64,000 nt of DNA from Candidatus Magasanikiibacteriota bacterium (GCA_014729395.1 WJJZ01000006.1:7090-71089), one strand, 5' to 3'; shown: positions 18,592 to 28,967, numbered from the stretch's first letter. Translations and numbers: made by a program. The notes: generated by a model from the letters alone, not told the origin.

Positions 18592-19320
18592 ATGGAATTT
18601 AAAAAAAAAGAAAAAAAATTTTTAATAGTAGGTACCGGTAGAACCGGATCTTCTCTGCTATCTGCAATACTTTTAAAAAGTGGTGCAGATTTTGGCCTGA
18701 GGTCCAAAGATATTTGGGATAGACAAAAGGGCGATTTTGAACACTCGCTTATTCATGAAGCCTATAAATGGCAATCTAGGGTAGAAAAAATAGACCAATC
18801 AATACTGCCGAATTATTTTACAGTTTCTTTTTTTAACAATATTTGTAATAAGAAAATGGAGCAATTATTGACAGAAGTTGATTATGTAAAATCAAGTCAA
18901 TTAGTCTGGTTGGTTCATAGGGCTAAATACAAATTGGGTTTTGAGGTCAAAGTTATTGGAGTTTACAGGAATTTCTCTGATTATGTGATAAGTAGATATA
19001 AGAAATATGGAAGAAGTCTGGATCACTGGAGAAAAGAGTGGTTGGAGGTAAACAAAACACTTTTTTTGCAGGCTCAAATTATTCCTTCTCTGTTATTAAG
19101 TTATGAAGAAATTGTTGGTAGAAATGAAACTAAATGGATAGATAGGTTGGCACTATTTACAAATATAAGCAGAGAAAAATTAAGTTTTGCAGCCAATGAG
19201 ATAGTAGATAAAAAAAGTCACAAGAGAATTATGCAATATAATTTTGAAGATGACGACACCAGAAGAGTCTATAATCGGTTAAAGATGTTTAGTAATAAGT
19301 CCTCTATAGATAATAGATAA
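18592..19320 (+). CDS. Sulfotransferase family protein
   Basis: FLIVGTGRTGSSLL 5'-PSB-like motif and a mid-protein YRNFSDYVISRY motif. Confidence 0.65.
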   Translation: MEFKKKEKKFLIVGTGRTGSSLLSAILLKSGADFGLRSKDIWDRQKGDFEHSLIHEAYKWQSRVEKIDQSILPNYFTVSFFNNICNKKMEQLLTEVDYVKSSQLVWLVHRAKYKLGFEVKVIGVYRNFSDYVISRYKKYGRSLDHWRKEWLEVNKTLFLQAQIIPSLLLSYEEIVGRNETKWIDRLALFTNISREKLSFAANEIVDKKSHKRIMQYNFEDDDTRRVYNRLKMFSNKSSIDNR

Positions 19321-19356
19321 TAGATTTGGGATTATATAGACAATATTTTAACATAT

Positions 19357-20232
19357 ATGCCAGTAAATAAATGCAATTTATTTTTTATAGTGGGCTCATA
19401 TCGATCCGGTACAACTTTATTGAGGAATATTTTGAATTTACATGAGGACGTGGCCGTGGTGCCGGAAATGCATTTTTTTGACAATTTGATTGCTAACAGA
19501 AAAAAATATGGTGATATTAAAAAAAGAAAAAATAAGGTTGAGCTTGTGGATAACATATTTTTTAAAATAAAGAATTTTAATATTAGCCGTGGTGATTATT
19601 GGGAGAATATCAATTTGGATCATAAGTTATTAAAAAGTAAAATGTTAGACTGTACTGATTTGCGTGAATTATTTTTTGTTTTAGCCAGTTCTTTGTCAAG
19701 CAAGAATTCTTTCTCTGTTTTGATTGAAAAGACTCCGTATAATGTGTTCTTTTTAGAACAAATTACTGAGTTGTTTCCTGAAGCAGGAATAATACACATA
19801 ATTAGAGATGGACGAGAGGTCTGTGCTTCGGCCTGTAAAAGATGGGGTCTTGATTATTTAGGCCCGGCCACCAGGTGGAAAGATTCTATTAAAAGTTATG
19901 AAAAATATAATAAAAAAAATAAAGATAAGAAGGAAAAATTTATAGAAATTAGATATGAAGATTTAGTAGATGAACCAAAAAATACTATAAATAAAATTTT
20001 TAAATTTATAAATTTGGGATTAAACGAAAGTTTTTTTGAAAGAATGTCTGATCTCCCGTCTACAAGTTCATTTACTAGATATAAAAAAAATTTTGGCCTG
20101 TATAAAAGTAATAATTTTAAAAAATTTTTTTCTGATTCAGAACAGGATATAATTAACTATTTACTATATGAAGAGCTTAAGAAAAAAAATATAAGACCCA
20201 AACAACCAAGATTTATTTTTTTAAAAAGATAA
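19357..20232 (+). CDS. Sulfotransferase family protein
   Basis: FFIVGSYRSGTTLL and IIRDGREV (3'-PB RDGR) motifs. Confidence 0.7.
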   Translation: MPVNKCNLFFIVGSYRSGTTLLRNILNLHEDVAVVPEMHFFDNLIANRKKYGDIKKRKNKVELVDNIFFKIKNFNISRGDYWENINLDHKLLKSKMLDCTDLRELFFVLASSLSSKNSFSVLIEKTPYNVFFLEQITELFPEAGIIHIIRDGREVCASACKRWGLDYLGPATRWKDSIKSYEKYNKKNKDKKEKFIEIRYEDLVDEPKNTINKIFKFINLGLNESFFERMSDLPSTSSFTRYKKNFGLYKSNNFKKFFSDSEQDIINYLLYEELKKKNIRPKQPRFIFLKR

Positions 20233-20340
20233 AATTAGAGTTTAGAAGATTGAAATCATTTATTTATATATACTTTCAGAGAATCGGTAGGTTTTATATT
20301 TATAAAAAAATTAGAAAAAAAATAAAAAAATTCTTTTAAC

Positions 20341-21213
20341 ATGAATAAGCCAAGATTACATTATATTGGGATCGGTGGGCAGAAATGCGCAACGAGTTGG
20401 CTATCAAAATGTATCTCTGAACACCCTGAATTAGATATTTTTCCGGGTAAGGAAATTCATTTTTTTAGTGAAACTAAAAAATACAATAAAGGCTTAGAAT
20501 TTTATACAAATTTTTTTAAAGACTGTGATTTCAGTAAGAAGGTGGGGGAGTTCAGTACGACTTATCTGAATTCTTTTAAAGCTGCTGATCGGATTAAGGA
20601 GTATTACCCGGATATTAAAATTATTGTTTCCATCAGAAATCCGATCGATCGAGCCGTCTCACATGTTAGGCATTTATTATCAACCGGAAAAATTAATTAT
20701 TTCCGTAATTGGGATGATCCGTTTTTGATAGAACAATCCCTTATCGAACGTGGATATTATGGAAAATATGTTGAATATTATATCAAACTGTTCGGTAGAG
20801 AGAATATATTGATTATTTTATTTGATGATATTTCGAATAAACCTGACAAAGTAGTTAAAGATATTTATACTTTTCTTGATGTTGATAATTCTTTTAAACC
20901 AAGCAGTATAGATAAAAAATATAATAGTAGTAATGCAAGATCTTTCTCAGCTTTTTGGTTATTAAACAATATATATTTAAAATATAGAAATAATTCATTA
21001 TTTAAAATATCAACATCAATATTTAAAAAAATGGGCATTAATTCAGTTTTGATTAATAATTTTTTTGATAAACTTGGCAAAGTTAAAATAGAAAAAATAA
21101 AATTCAAAAGAAGTGAGTTGATTGAAATATATAGAGATGATATAAAAAAAACGGAACGAATAACAAAGAGAGATTTATCGGATTGGTATACTTTTAATGA
21201 AAAAGAAATATAA
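20341..21213 (+). CDS. Sulfotransferase family protein (subfamily with an IGIG..KCATSW...HPE N-terminus)
   Basis: YIGIGGQKCATSWLSKCISEHPEL and SIRNPIDRAVSH motifs. Confidence 0.7.
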   Translation: MNKPRLHYIGIGGQKCATSWLSKCISEHPELDIFPGKEIHFFSETKKYNKGLEFYTNFFKDCDFSKKVGEFSTTYLNSFKAADRIKEYYPDIKIIVSIRNPIDRAVSHVRHLLSTGKINYFRNWDDPFLIEQSLIERGYYGKYVEYYIKLFGRENILIILFDDISNKPDKVVKDIYTFLDVDNSFKPSSIDKKYNSSNARSFSAFWLLNNIYLKYRNNSLFKISTSIFKKMGINSVLINNFFDKLGKVKIEKIKFKRSELIEIYRDDIKKTERITKRDLSDWYTFNEKEI

Positions 21214-21274
21214 AAAATTATTGTACTTTATATATTAATGTTATAATCAAATAATATAGATTCTTTTAAAAAAT

Positions 21275-22690
21275 ATGATAAGTTTATCTAAGTTTTCAAA
21301 ATTTATAAACAACAACAAGATACCAATTTTTCTATTTTTTTTGGCTCTTTTGAGCGGTTTTTTTTGGAACCACCGTTTTTATTTTCAAGCGATTCCAAGC
21401 GGCGGCGACCAAAGACAATATAGTTGCCTTGCAATCGATATGATCGAAAATGGAACGTATACGGAATGTGGTACTGAAAGTTTCTTAGAACCGGGATATC
21501 CATTATTTTTGGCCAGTATTTTTTTATTTTCAGATACTAGCCCCATTGCTGTGAGATTCGTTCAATTGTTTATTTTTGGTGTTATTGTAGTTTTAATATA
21601 TTTTTTGAGCAGAAGATTATTTGATAGTAAGGTAGCTTTCATAGCAGGGTTATTTACAGCCTTACATTGGAGTCTAGCTAACTATACCGGTTCTCTCATA
21701 CGAGAGGTTTTTTTAGTTTTTTCTATTCTGCTTTTAGTTTATTCATTATATATCGCAGTTTCGAGCAAAAAAAATACACATTTTATAATATCCGGGTTGC
21801 TTTTTGGGGTTGTGGCACTTTCGAATGCTATTATAGAATATTTTTTATTGTTTATAATTATTAATTTTATAATTATATTAAGAAAAAAAATAGAGATAAA
21901 GCAAATTTTTTTAAAGATAGGTTTATTTCTTTTTGCATTTTGTTTAATTTTGAGTCCGTGGATTGTAAGAAACTCTCTCTATTATAATAAACTGGTTGTT
22001 TCGCTTACACCAAAGAAGGGTCATATTTTGAGTATGAGGGCCGCCTTGATGGAGGAGATGTACCCGAATATTCATAAATATTATTTTGGTCATCTTTTTG
22101 GTTATTATTTTGCAGAAAAAGTATATCCGGATTTGGATATTTGGGCGTTTAGGGATTTTAATGCTGCGAATAGCGTCATGTTGGAATTGCGCGAAGAAGG
22201 GTATAATCTGAATCAAATAGATGAAATAATTTCAGAAAGAGCTGTTAATAAAATTATCACACAACCTCATAAATATGTAGCTTTTTGTATTTTAGATTTT
22301 TTAAATTTTAACAGTCCATTGATACCACAAAAAATATTCATGGGTAATTCTTATGTCCATTATACCTTTGCTGAAGGTAGATTCCCAACTGTACCCGGCT
22401 ATGTAAAATCAGGTGTGTTGATATTATTTCGAATCTACTGGTATACATTTTTGTTTTTAGTTATTTATGGTCTTTGTAAAAATATAAAAAATTGGGAAAA
22501 AATAAGTTGGTTTTTTTTGATTATTTTATATTTTAATGGTGTATATAGTGCGGTTCATGCACTCCCTCGCTATGCTGTCCAAATTTATCCTTTTTATATA
22601 ATATTAGCTTCAGCAGGAGTATTAATCTTATTTAAAAAATATAAGCATAAAATCAAAAGTTTAGTCGGTAAATTAAGTAAAACCAAATAA
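21275..22690 (+). CDS. GT-C fold polytopic membrane glycosyltransferase (ArnT/PMT-like, GT39/GT83-type)
   Basis: About 11 TM helices. The first periplasmic loop has a D/E-rich GGDQRQY..AIDMIENG motif reminiscent of ArnT/PMT_2 enzymes. Confidence 0.5.
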   Translation: MISLSKFSKFINNNKIPIFLFFLALLSGFFWNHRFYFQAIPSGGDQRQYSCLAIDMIENGTYTECGTESFLEPGYPLFLASIFLFSDTSPIAVRFVQLFIFGVIVVLIYFLSRRLFDSKVAFIAGLFTALHWSLANYTGSLIREVFLVFSILLLVYSLYIAVSSKKNTHFIISGLLFGVVALSNAIIEYFLLFIIINFIIILRKKIEIKQIFLKIGLFLFAFCLILSPWIVRNSLYYNKLVVSLTPKKGHILSMRAALMEEMYPNIHKYYFGHLFGYYFAEKVYPDLDIWAFRDFNAANSVMLELREEGYNLNQIDEIISERAVNKIITQPHKYVAFCILDFLNFNSPLIPQKIFMGNSYVHYTFAEGRFPTVPGYVKSGVLILFRIYWYTFLFLVIYGLCKNIKNWEKISWFFLIILYFNGVYSAVHALPRYAVQIYPFYIILASAGVLILFKKYKHKIKSLVGKLSKTK

Positions 22691-22693
22691 ATT

Positions 22694-23629
22694 ATGTTCA
22701 TGCCGATTATAAAAAAAATTAGTGTTTTCATACCATTTTTAATAACCGGTCTGATTATATATCTACTTTTTAGTAATTTTGATATTGGACAGACTGTAAG
22801 AATAATCCAAACCGGCTCAAAATTTTTTTTGTTTTTATCAATATTTTTTATTTTTTTGACCACTTTAGTTCTGGCTTTACGATGGAAAATAATGCTTGGT
22901 TTATGCGGGCACAAAGATTCTTATAATAATATATTAAAAAAATATTTAGCGAGCGTGCCTTTTTCCAAAACAACTCCTTCAAATAGTGGAGATTTTATAC
23001 GAGCCGTATATACAAAAAATAAAATTGGTCTTACAAAAGGTTCCGGTATTGTTTTTATGGAAAATTTACTTGATATTTATGTTTTGACCTTTTTTGCGTT
23101 ATTCGGATCCTTAATAAAAGGAATGTTAGGTATATTTTTGATTATTTTTTTTATTGTAGTATTATCGTTTTTTTTACTGTTCATCTTAAATAAAATTAAT
23201 TTATCAAAATTAAGGTTAAATAATAAGTTCAAGCAGAAAATACAGTCTTTTTTTTCTATTTTTAGAGAATTTAAGAAAAATTCCATATCGTTTTTTTTAA
23301 AAATTTTGATCTTGACATCGTCAGCTTGGATACTTGTGATAGGCAGCTTTGTTTGCCTATTCATTGCTTTTGGGATAGATGTTCCCTTTTTTGAAGTTGT
23401 ATTTTTGCAACCGATTATTATTTTTTTAGGTTTGTTGCCGATTACGGTTTCCGGGGTGGGTATAAGGGAGTCGGCAATAATATTTTTTTATGCCGGCTAT
23501 GGATCAGCTGCATCATTAATGGCGGTAGGATTGTCTTATTCATGTTTTTCTGCTATTATTTTACCACTGTTATACCTGCCTTTTAGTTATCAGATTATTA
23601 AGAAAAAGCTTTTTTATGCAAGAAAATAA
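22694..23629 (+). CDS. Flippase-like / lysyl-PG-synthase-TM-family (UPF0104) membrane protein
   Basis: Eight TM helices and an LLPITVSGVGIRES motif. It sits between the GT-C gene and a Dpm1-like GT2, as in polyprenyl-phosphate-sugar pathways. Confidence 0.45.
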   Translation: MFMPIIKKISVFIPFLITGLIIYLLFSNFDIGQTVRIIQTGSKFFLFLSIFFIFLTTLVLALRWKIMLGLCGHKDSYNNILKKYLASVPFSKTTPSNSGDFIRAVYTKNKIGLTKGSGIVFMENLLDIYVLTFFALFGSLIKGMLGIFLIIFFIVVLSFFLLFILNKINLSKLRLNNKFKQKIQSFFSIFREFKKNSISFFLKILILTSSAWILVIGSFVCLFIAFGIDVPFFEVVFLQPIIIFLGLLPITVSGVGIRESAIIFFYAGYGSAASLMAVGLSYSCFSAIILPLLYLPFSYQIIKKKLFYARK

Positions 23630-24503
23630 ATATGAAATAAATGATAAATTGTCAATTTCATTCGTTATTCCCGTTTACAACGAAGAAATAATAATAAGAA
23701 ATGTGCTCGAAGATTTGAAGCAATATTTACGGTCTTTGGATATAAATTATGAAGTCATTGTCGTTAATGACGGTTCAAGCGACGATAGTAAAGAGATATT
23801 GGAATCCATAGATAATATTAGAGTTGTGAACCACCCATACAACAAAGGTTATGGTGCAGCTTTAAAAACCGGAGCCATGTTAGCTCGGTTCAAGTGGGTT
23901 ATGTTTTATGATGGCGACGGACAGCACAAGCCGAAATTAATTGGAGACTTAATTAAACATAATTCTCAATATGATATGATAGTAGGTGCGCGAGTCGGAT
24001 ACAAAGGTCCATGGATTAGGCAGCCGGGAAAAAAAATTTTAGGTGTGTTGGCAAATTATTTGGTAGATTTTAAAATTCCTGATTTGAATTCAGGTTTAAG
24101 GATGGTAAAGAAAGATTTTTTTGTCAAATATATCCATCTTTATCCGGATTCTTTCTCTCTTTCTACGACTATCACCATGGCTTTTTTAAAGGCCGGTTTA
24201 AATGTAAAATATGTACCGATTGAGATAAATAAACGGGTGGGTAAGAGTTCGGTCTCACCCAGGGACGCACTTAAAACTTTTATTTTGCTCATGCGAATGA
24301 TAGCCCTATTTGCGCCAATGAGAATTATTTTTCCAATAAGTCTTATATTTTTTGTTATGACACTGGTTTCTGTATCTTATGATCTATGGTTAAAAAATAT
24401 TTCTGATATTTCAGTAATTTTATTTGTTACAACAATTTTATTTTTTATTTTTGGAGTGATTTTAGATCAAATATCAGCCGTTAGAAGGGAGTTGAATAAA
24501 TAA
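23616..24503 (+). CDS. GT2 glycosyltransferase, Dpm1/ArnC-like polyprenyl-phosphate sugar synthase with C-terminal TM helices
   Basis: ISFVIPVYNEE, VIVVNDGSSDDS, NKGYGAALKTG and DGDGQH motifs plus two C-terminal TM segments. Confidence 0.75.
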   Translation: MQENKYEINDKLSISFVIPVYNEEIIIRNVLEDLKQYLRSLDINYEVIVVNDGSSDDSKEILESIDNIRVVNHPYNKGYGAALKTGAMLARFKWVMFYDGDGQHKPKLIGDLIKHNSQYDMIVGARVGYKGPWIRQPGKKILGVLANYLVDFKIPDLNSGLRMVKKDFFVKYIHLYPDSFSLSTTITMAFLKAGLNVKYVPIEINKRVGKSSVSPRDALKTFILLMRMIALFAPMRIIFPISLIFFVMTLVSVSYDLWLKNISDISVILFVTTILFFIFGVILDQISAVRRELNK

Positions 24504-24507
24504 TTAT

Positions 24508-25038
24508 ATGGCTAAATTAGATTATTTAGGTGAAAAATTATTAGATTCAAGAATTAAAGTTTCAATGCCTTATATAACCGGACGTCTTTTAGATTTGGGG
24601 TGTGGAACTAATAAGCTGGTTAGAAATTATAGAGGAGAAGGAGTGGGAGTTGATGTTTTTGATTTTGGTGATGTGGATTTGATTGTGGAAGACAGCAGTA
24701 AAATTCCTTTTGAAGATGAAAGTTTTGATACGATAACCATATTAGCCGCTTTAAATCATATTCCAAATAGGGAGCGGGTTTTACAGGAGATGCACCGATT
24801 ACTAAAGCCGGACGGTAAGTTGTTGGTAACGATGATCAGCCCGTTAATTTCTTTTTGTTGGCATACTTTGCGTGCTCCTTGGGACAGGGATCAAAAAGAA
24901 AGAGGAATGGAAGAAGGGGAAGTTTATGGTATAACCCCCCAAGAAATGATTAAAATGCTGGAGACAGCTGGTTTTTGTGTACAAAGTAAAAAACGTTTTA
25001 TGTTAGGTTTAAATAGACTATATATAGTTCAAAAGTAA
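24508..25038 (+). CDS. Class I SAM-dependent methyltransferase
   Basis: LLDLGCGTNKL motif I and an LLKPDGKLLV post-I region. Confidence 0.6.
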   Translation: MAKLDYLGEKLLDSRIKVSMPYITGRLLDLGCGTNKLVRNYRGEGVGVDVFDFGDVDLIVEDSSKIPFEDESFDTITILAALNHIPNRERVLQEMHRLLKPDGKLLVTMISPLISFCWHTLRAPWDRDQKERGMEEGEVYGITPQEMIKMLETAGFCVQSKKRFMLGLNRLYIVQK

Positions 25039-25044
25039 AGTTGT

Positions 25045-27036
25045 ATGTGTGGTATATTTGGAGCAGTTATTCCAAAAAAAAATAAATTCGATGATAAAGA
25101 ATTAGAAAAGTTTACACAAAAACTTTTTAAATTTTCTGAATCAAGAGGTAAAGAAGCTTCGGGTTTAGCAAGATTGTTTCCAAAAAAAATTGATGTTATA
25201 AAAGAACCTTTTCCAAGCTCTTTTTTAACAAAAATACATAAATTCAAAAAAATTATAAGTGAAAAATCTGACTCTTTTGTAATTATGGGCCATACCAGAT
25301 TGGTTACGAATGGGACACTTGAAAAAAAAGAAAATAATCAACCGGTAGTAAGAGAAGATATTGTTACCGTCCATAATGGAATTATAGTAAACGAAAAGGA
25401 TATATGGTCCGAGATTAAAGATGTTGAACGTGAGTTTGAAGTGGATACGGAACTAATCCCGGTTTTGTTAAGGAAATATTTAAAAAACGGTGACAGTTTT
25501 TCGATTGCAATTTCAAAGACGTTTTCTAAAATAGAAGGTATGGCTTCTATTTGTGCTTTTTTTACGGATTCAGACCATATTTTACTTGCCACAAACAATG
25601 GTTCATTGTATTTTTTAAAAGATAAAAATAATTATCTTATATTTGCATCTGAATATAATATTTTGAAATCTCTGTGTAAAAAATTTAAAAGTCAATTTAC
25701 AGAGGAAAACATTAAGAAATTGAATGCAAACAAAGCTTGTCTTGTGAATACGAGGGATTTGGAAGAGTTAATTTTTTTTGATTTAACTGATGAAAAAGCA
25801 GTCGCCAATAATAATTTGAACATTATAAATACCACCAAACGTACTATTAATGTGTTACCGAGTGAGAAAGCAAATCATTATAATATTACTCAAAATGTAA
25901 ATTATAATGATAGACAAGATTTTATTGATAATTCTGATTATGAAAAGATAAAAAAAATGCGTAGGTGTAAAATATGTATTTTGCCCGAGACTATGCCTTT
26001 CATAAATTTTGATAAAAATGGAATTTGCAATTATTGTAAAAGTTATAAGAAAATTAAACTAAAAGGAAAAGAAAAATTGAATGATGACATTAATAAATAT
26101 TTAAATAAAAAAACAGACAAGATTGTCGTTGCTCTAAGTGGTGGAAGAGATTCTTGCTACGGACTCCATTATGCGAAAACGGTTTTAGGGCTGAATGTGG
26201 TAACTTTTTCTTATGATTGGGGTATGATTACCGACTTGGCTCGACGTAACCAGTCTAGAATGTGTGCCAAATTGGGTGTAGAGCATATTTTAGTATCAGC
26301 CAATATAAAAAGAAAAAGAGAAAATATTAAAAAAAATGTAAAAGCCTGGCTTAGAAAACCTGATTTGGGAACCATACCTTTGTTTATGGCCGGAGACAAA
26401 CAATATTTTTATTATGCTAACAAAGTAATGAAGCAAACCGCATCTAGAGCTATAATAATGAGTGAAAATAATTTGGAAAGAACGCATTTTAAACATGGTT
26501 TTTGTGGGGTTGAACACAATGATAATATCAGGCCGGCTTATTTTTTGTCCAGTGGGGATAAATTTAAGATGATGCTGTATTTTTTTAAAAAGTTTGTTGG
26601 AAATCCCGGCTATATCAATAGTTCGCTACTTGATTCATTTGGTGGTTACCTATCTTATTATTTCGTTCCGCATAATTACATTTATTTGTTTAATTATGTT
26701 CCGTGGCTAGAAAGTAATGTTAATAATGTTTTGGTTAACGAATACAATTGGGAGTTAGCTGGCGACACTGAATCAACTTGGCGGATAGGAGATGGGACAG
26801 CTCCATTTTATAATTATATTTATTATACCGTAGCCGGATTTACAGAAAACGATACTTTTCGTAGTAATCAAGTTAGAGAAGGGATTATATCAAGGGAGGA
26901 AGCTTTAGAATTGGCAGATAGAGACAATCAACCTAGATTGGAATCGATAAAATGGTATTGTGACACAATCGGTATTGACTTTAAAGAAAGTTTAAAAATT
27001 ATTAATTTAATTCCCAAATTATATGGTGATGTTTAA
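25045..27036 (+). CDS. Two-domain amidotransferase. The N-terminal class-II (Ntn, asparagine-synthase-type) glutamine amidotransferase domain is fused to a PseA/WbpG-like N-acetyl-sugar amidotransferase (Zn-ribbon plus PP-loop ATP pyrophosphatase).
   Basis: Starts with MCGIFG (catalytic Cys2) and has GHTRLVTNG and VHNGIIVN. The middle has CKICILPE...CNYC and the PP-loop VVALSGGRDSCY. Confidence 0.6.
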   Translation: MCGIFGAVIPKKNKFDDKELEKFTQKLFKFSESRGKEASGLARLFPKKIDVIKEPFPSSFLTKIHKFKKIISEKSDSFVIMGHTRLVTNGTLEKKENNQPVVREDIVTVHNGIIVNEKDIWSEIKDVEREFEVDTELIPVLLRKYLKNGDSFSIAISKTFSKIEGMASICAFFTDSDHILLATNNGSLYFLKDKNNYLIFASEYNILKSLCKKFKSQFTEENIKKLNANKACLVNTRDLEELIFFDLTDEKAVANNNLNIINTTKRTINVLPSEKANHYNITQNVNYNDRQDFIDNSDYEKIKKMRRCKICILPETMPFINFDKNGICNYCKSYKKIKLKGKEKLNDDINKYLNKKTDKIVVALSGGRDSCYGLHYAKTVLGLNVVTFSYDWGMITDLARRNQSRMCAKLGVEHILVSANIKRKRENIKKNVKAWLRKPDLGTIPLFMAGDKQYFYYANKVMKQTASRAIIMSENNLERTHFKHGFCGVEHNDNIRPAYFLSSGDKFKMMLYFFKKFVGNPGYINSSLLDSFGGYLSYYFVPHNYIYLFNYVPWLESNVNNVLVNEYNWELAGDTESTWRIGDGTAPFYNYIYYTVAGFTENDTFRSNQVREGIISREEALELADRDNQPRLESIKWYCDTIGIDFKESLKIINLIPKLYGDV

Positions 27037-28090
27037 TGTAGCAAAATCAATTGTCAAAAATAAATTTAATAAAATTTCCTATCCTTCTTTTATTACCTAT
27101 TTAATCACATGGCGTTGTAATAGCCGGTGTATTTTTTGTGATGTGTGGAAAAAGAGAGCCGGGCAAATTGATGAGCTTGATATCGATGAAATAGAAAAGG
27201 CATTTTCTCAATTAAAAAAGCTCGATGTCTTGCGTTTGAGCGGGGGAGAGCCTTTTCTTAGAAAAGATTTGGCAGAAGTGATAAATTTGATCGATAAAAT
27301 TAACAAGCCAAGTCTAATTCATTTAACGTCCAATGGAATGCTGACCGAAATAATATCTGAAACTGTAAAGAAAATTAAGCCTTTAAATAAAATCCATATC
27401 AAGATTTCAATAGATAATGTGGGTGAGAAACATGATAAAGTTCGACAAATACCCGGCGCATACAATAAGGCAATGGAGACAGTAAGGATGTTGTCTAATG
27501 TCAGTAAAGAGACCGGTCTTCATGTTGGGGTTAATCAAGTGGTCGTGAATGAATCTGATATAGATTCGTATTTTGAATTAAAGAAAATTTTGAGTGAATA
27601 TAATGTACCGATTTATCCGGTTATTGCCAATCAACCAACTAATAGTCTGTATAGTGACAGTGGTGTGGTAGACCCCAACATATCTTTCAAACCTTTTGGG
27701 GATTTTTCAAAAGAGGGTATTAAAAAATTTATGAAGATTTTACTGAGACATGGTAAAGAGGTGAATGATTTTAAAGAGCAAATGGTGGATAGGTACCATT
27801 TAAAGGGTTTGTATAATCGTTTAGTAGAGGAGAAAAATAATCCTAATCCGAAGTGTGTAGCATTGAATAACCACCTAAGAATTTTACCAAATGGTGATAT
27901 TCCGGTATGTATGTATAATGGTTCTATAGTTGGTAATTTGAGAAATGAAAAATTTAAAGATATTTGGTTTGGAGACAAAATTAAAAAATATAGAACTTAT
28001 GTTAATAATTGTCCCGGTTGTTGGCAGAGTTGTGAGACAGCCGTAAGTGCTATTTATACCGGTGATATTATGAAAGGTATGTTTTATTAA
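27023..28090 (+). CDS. Radical SAM / SPASM-type enzyme
   Basis: CNSRCIFC (CxxxCxxC) near the N-terminus, a GGEPFL glycine-rich motif, and a C-terminal Cys cluster CPGCWQSC. It overlaps the upstream amidotransferase by 14 nt. Confidence 0.65.
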   Translation: MVMFNVAKSIVKNKFNKISYPSFITYLITWRCNSRCIFCDVWKKRAGQIDELDIDEIEKAFSQLKKLDVLRLSGGEPFLRKDLAEVINLIDKINKPSLIHLTSNGMLTEIISETVKKIKPLNKIHIKISIDNVGEKHDKVRQIPGAYNKAMETVRMLSNVSKETGLHVGVNQVVVNESDIDSYFELKKILSEYNVPIYPVIANQPTNSLYSDSGVVDPNISFKPFGDFSKEGIKKFMKILLRHGKEVNDFKEQMVDRYHLKGLYNRLVEEKNNPNPKCVALNNHLRILPNGDIPVCMYNGSIVGNLRNEKFKDIWFGDKIKKYRTYVNNCPGCWQSCETAVSAIYTGDIMKGMFY

Positions 28091-28136
28091 TATATTTATT
28101 TGGTAACTGTCTGATGTTTATATTAATATAATTACG

Positions 28137-28967
28137 ATGAATATAGTTTTTATACTTGGGAGTGGACATTGTGGTTCAACATTGCTTGACCTTATTTTGG
28201 ATTGTCATTCTAAAATAATCGGGGTTGGTGAATTTGAAAATGTAGGTAAGGAGAAACTGTGTAGTTGTGGCAGGGATTTTGAGGAGTGCGAGCTTTGGAA
28301 AAATATTTTAAAGCATAGGGATTTGTCGAAATTGAAGATATTTAGAACTAAAAAAGATTTTTTGTTAAACAAAAATAATTTTTATTACTATAAAAAAGAG
28401 ATGCGGTCGGTTGATTTAAATTCCTATATTACTGAGAATGAAAATATGTTTGATCAGGTTTTGGGTTTTTTTGACCAAAAGAAGGATTTTATAGTTGATT
28501 CTTCAAAGAACGTTGATAGATTTGAGCTACTTTTTAAAAGTAATTATATTAGACCGATTATTTTACATGTTGTCCGTGATGGTCGGGCTGTAACCTGGTC
28601 ATATTTTAAAAAGTACAAGAAAGCTATGCCTTATATGTGGAAATGGTTTGCACAAAATTTTAAAATTTATTATCTAAAAAAAAGAAACAAAGCGGATTAT
28701 GTTTTTGTACGTTATGAAAACTTAGCTAAAAATCCTAAAAAAGAAATTGAACGTATACTTAATAGCTTAGGTTTGGTTTATGAAGAGAATATGTTAAATT
28801 TTAGAAATTTTACTCATCATCAGGCTGGTGGTAATAGAATGCGTTTGTCCGGCACTAATGAGATAAAAGAAGATGTAAGTTGGAAAAAGAATTTACCTAT
28901 GAAATATCGACTGTTATTCAATATTTTGTTTGGCTGGTTAAATTTTTATTATGCAAGAAAAAGGTAA
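28137..28967 (+). CDS. Sulfotransferase family protein
   Basis: VFILGSGHCGSTLL and VVRDGRAVTWS motifs. Confidence 0.65.
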   Translation: MNIVFILGSGHCGSTLLDLILDCHSKIIGVGEFENVGKEKLCSCGRDFEECELWKNILKHRDLSKLKIFRTKKDFLLNKNNFYYYKKEMRSVDLNSYITENENMFDQVLGFFDQKKDFIVDSSKNVDRFELLFKSNYIRPIILHVVRDGRAVTWSYFKKYKKAMPYMWKWFAQNFKIYYLKKRNKADYVFVRYENLAKNPKKEIERILNSLGLVYEENMLNFRNFTHHQAGGNRMRLSGTNEIKEDVSWKKNLPMKYRLLFNILFGWLNFYYARKR

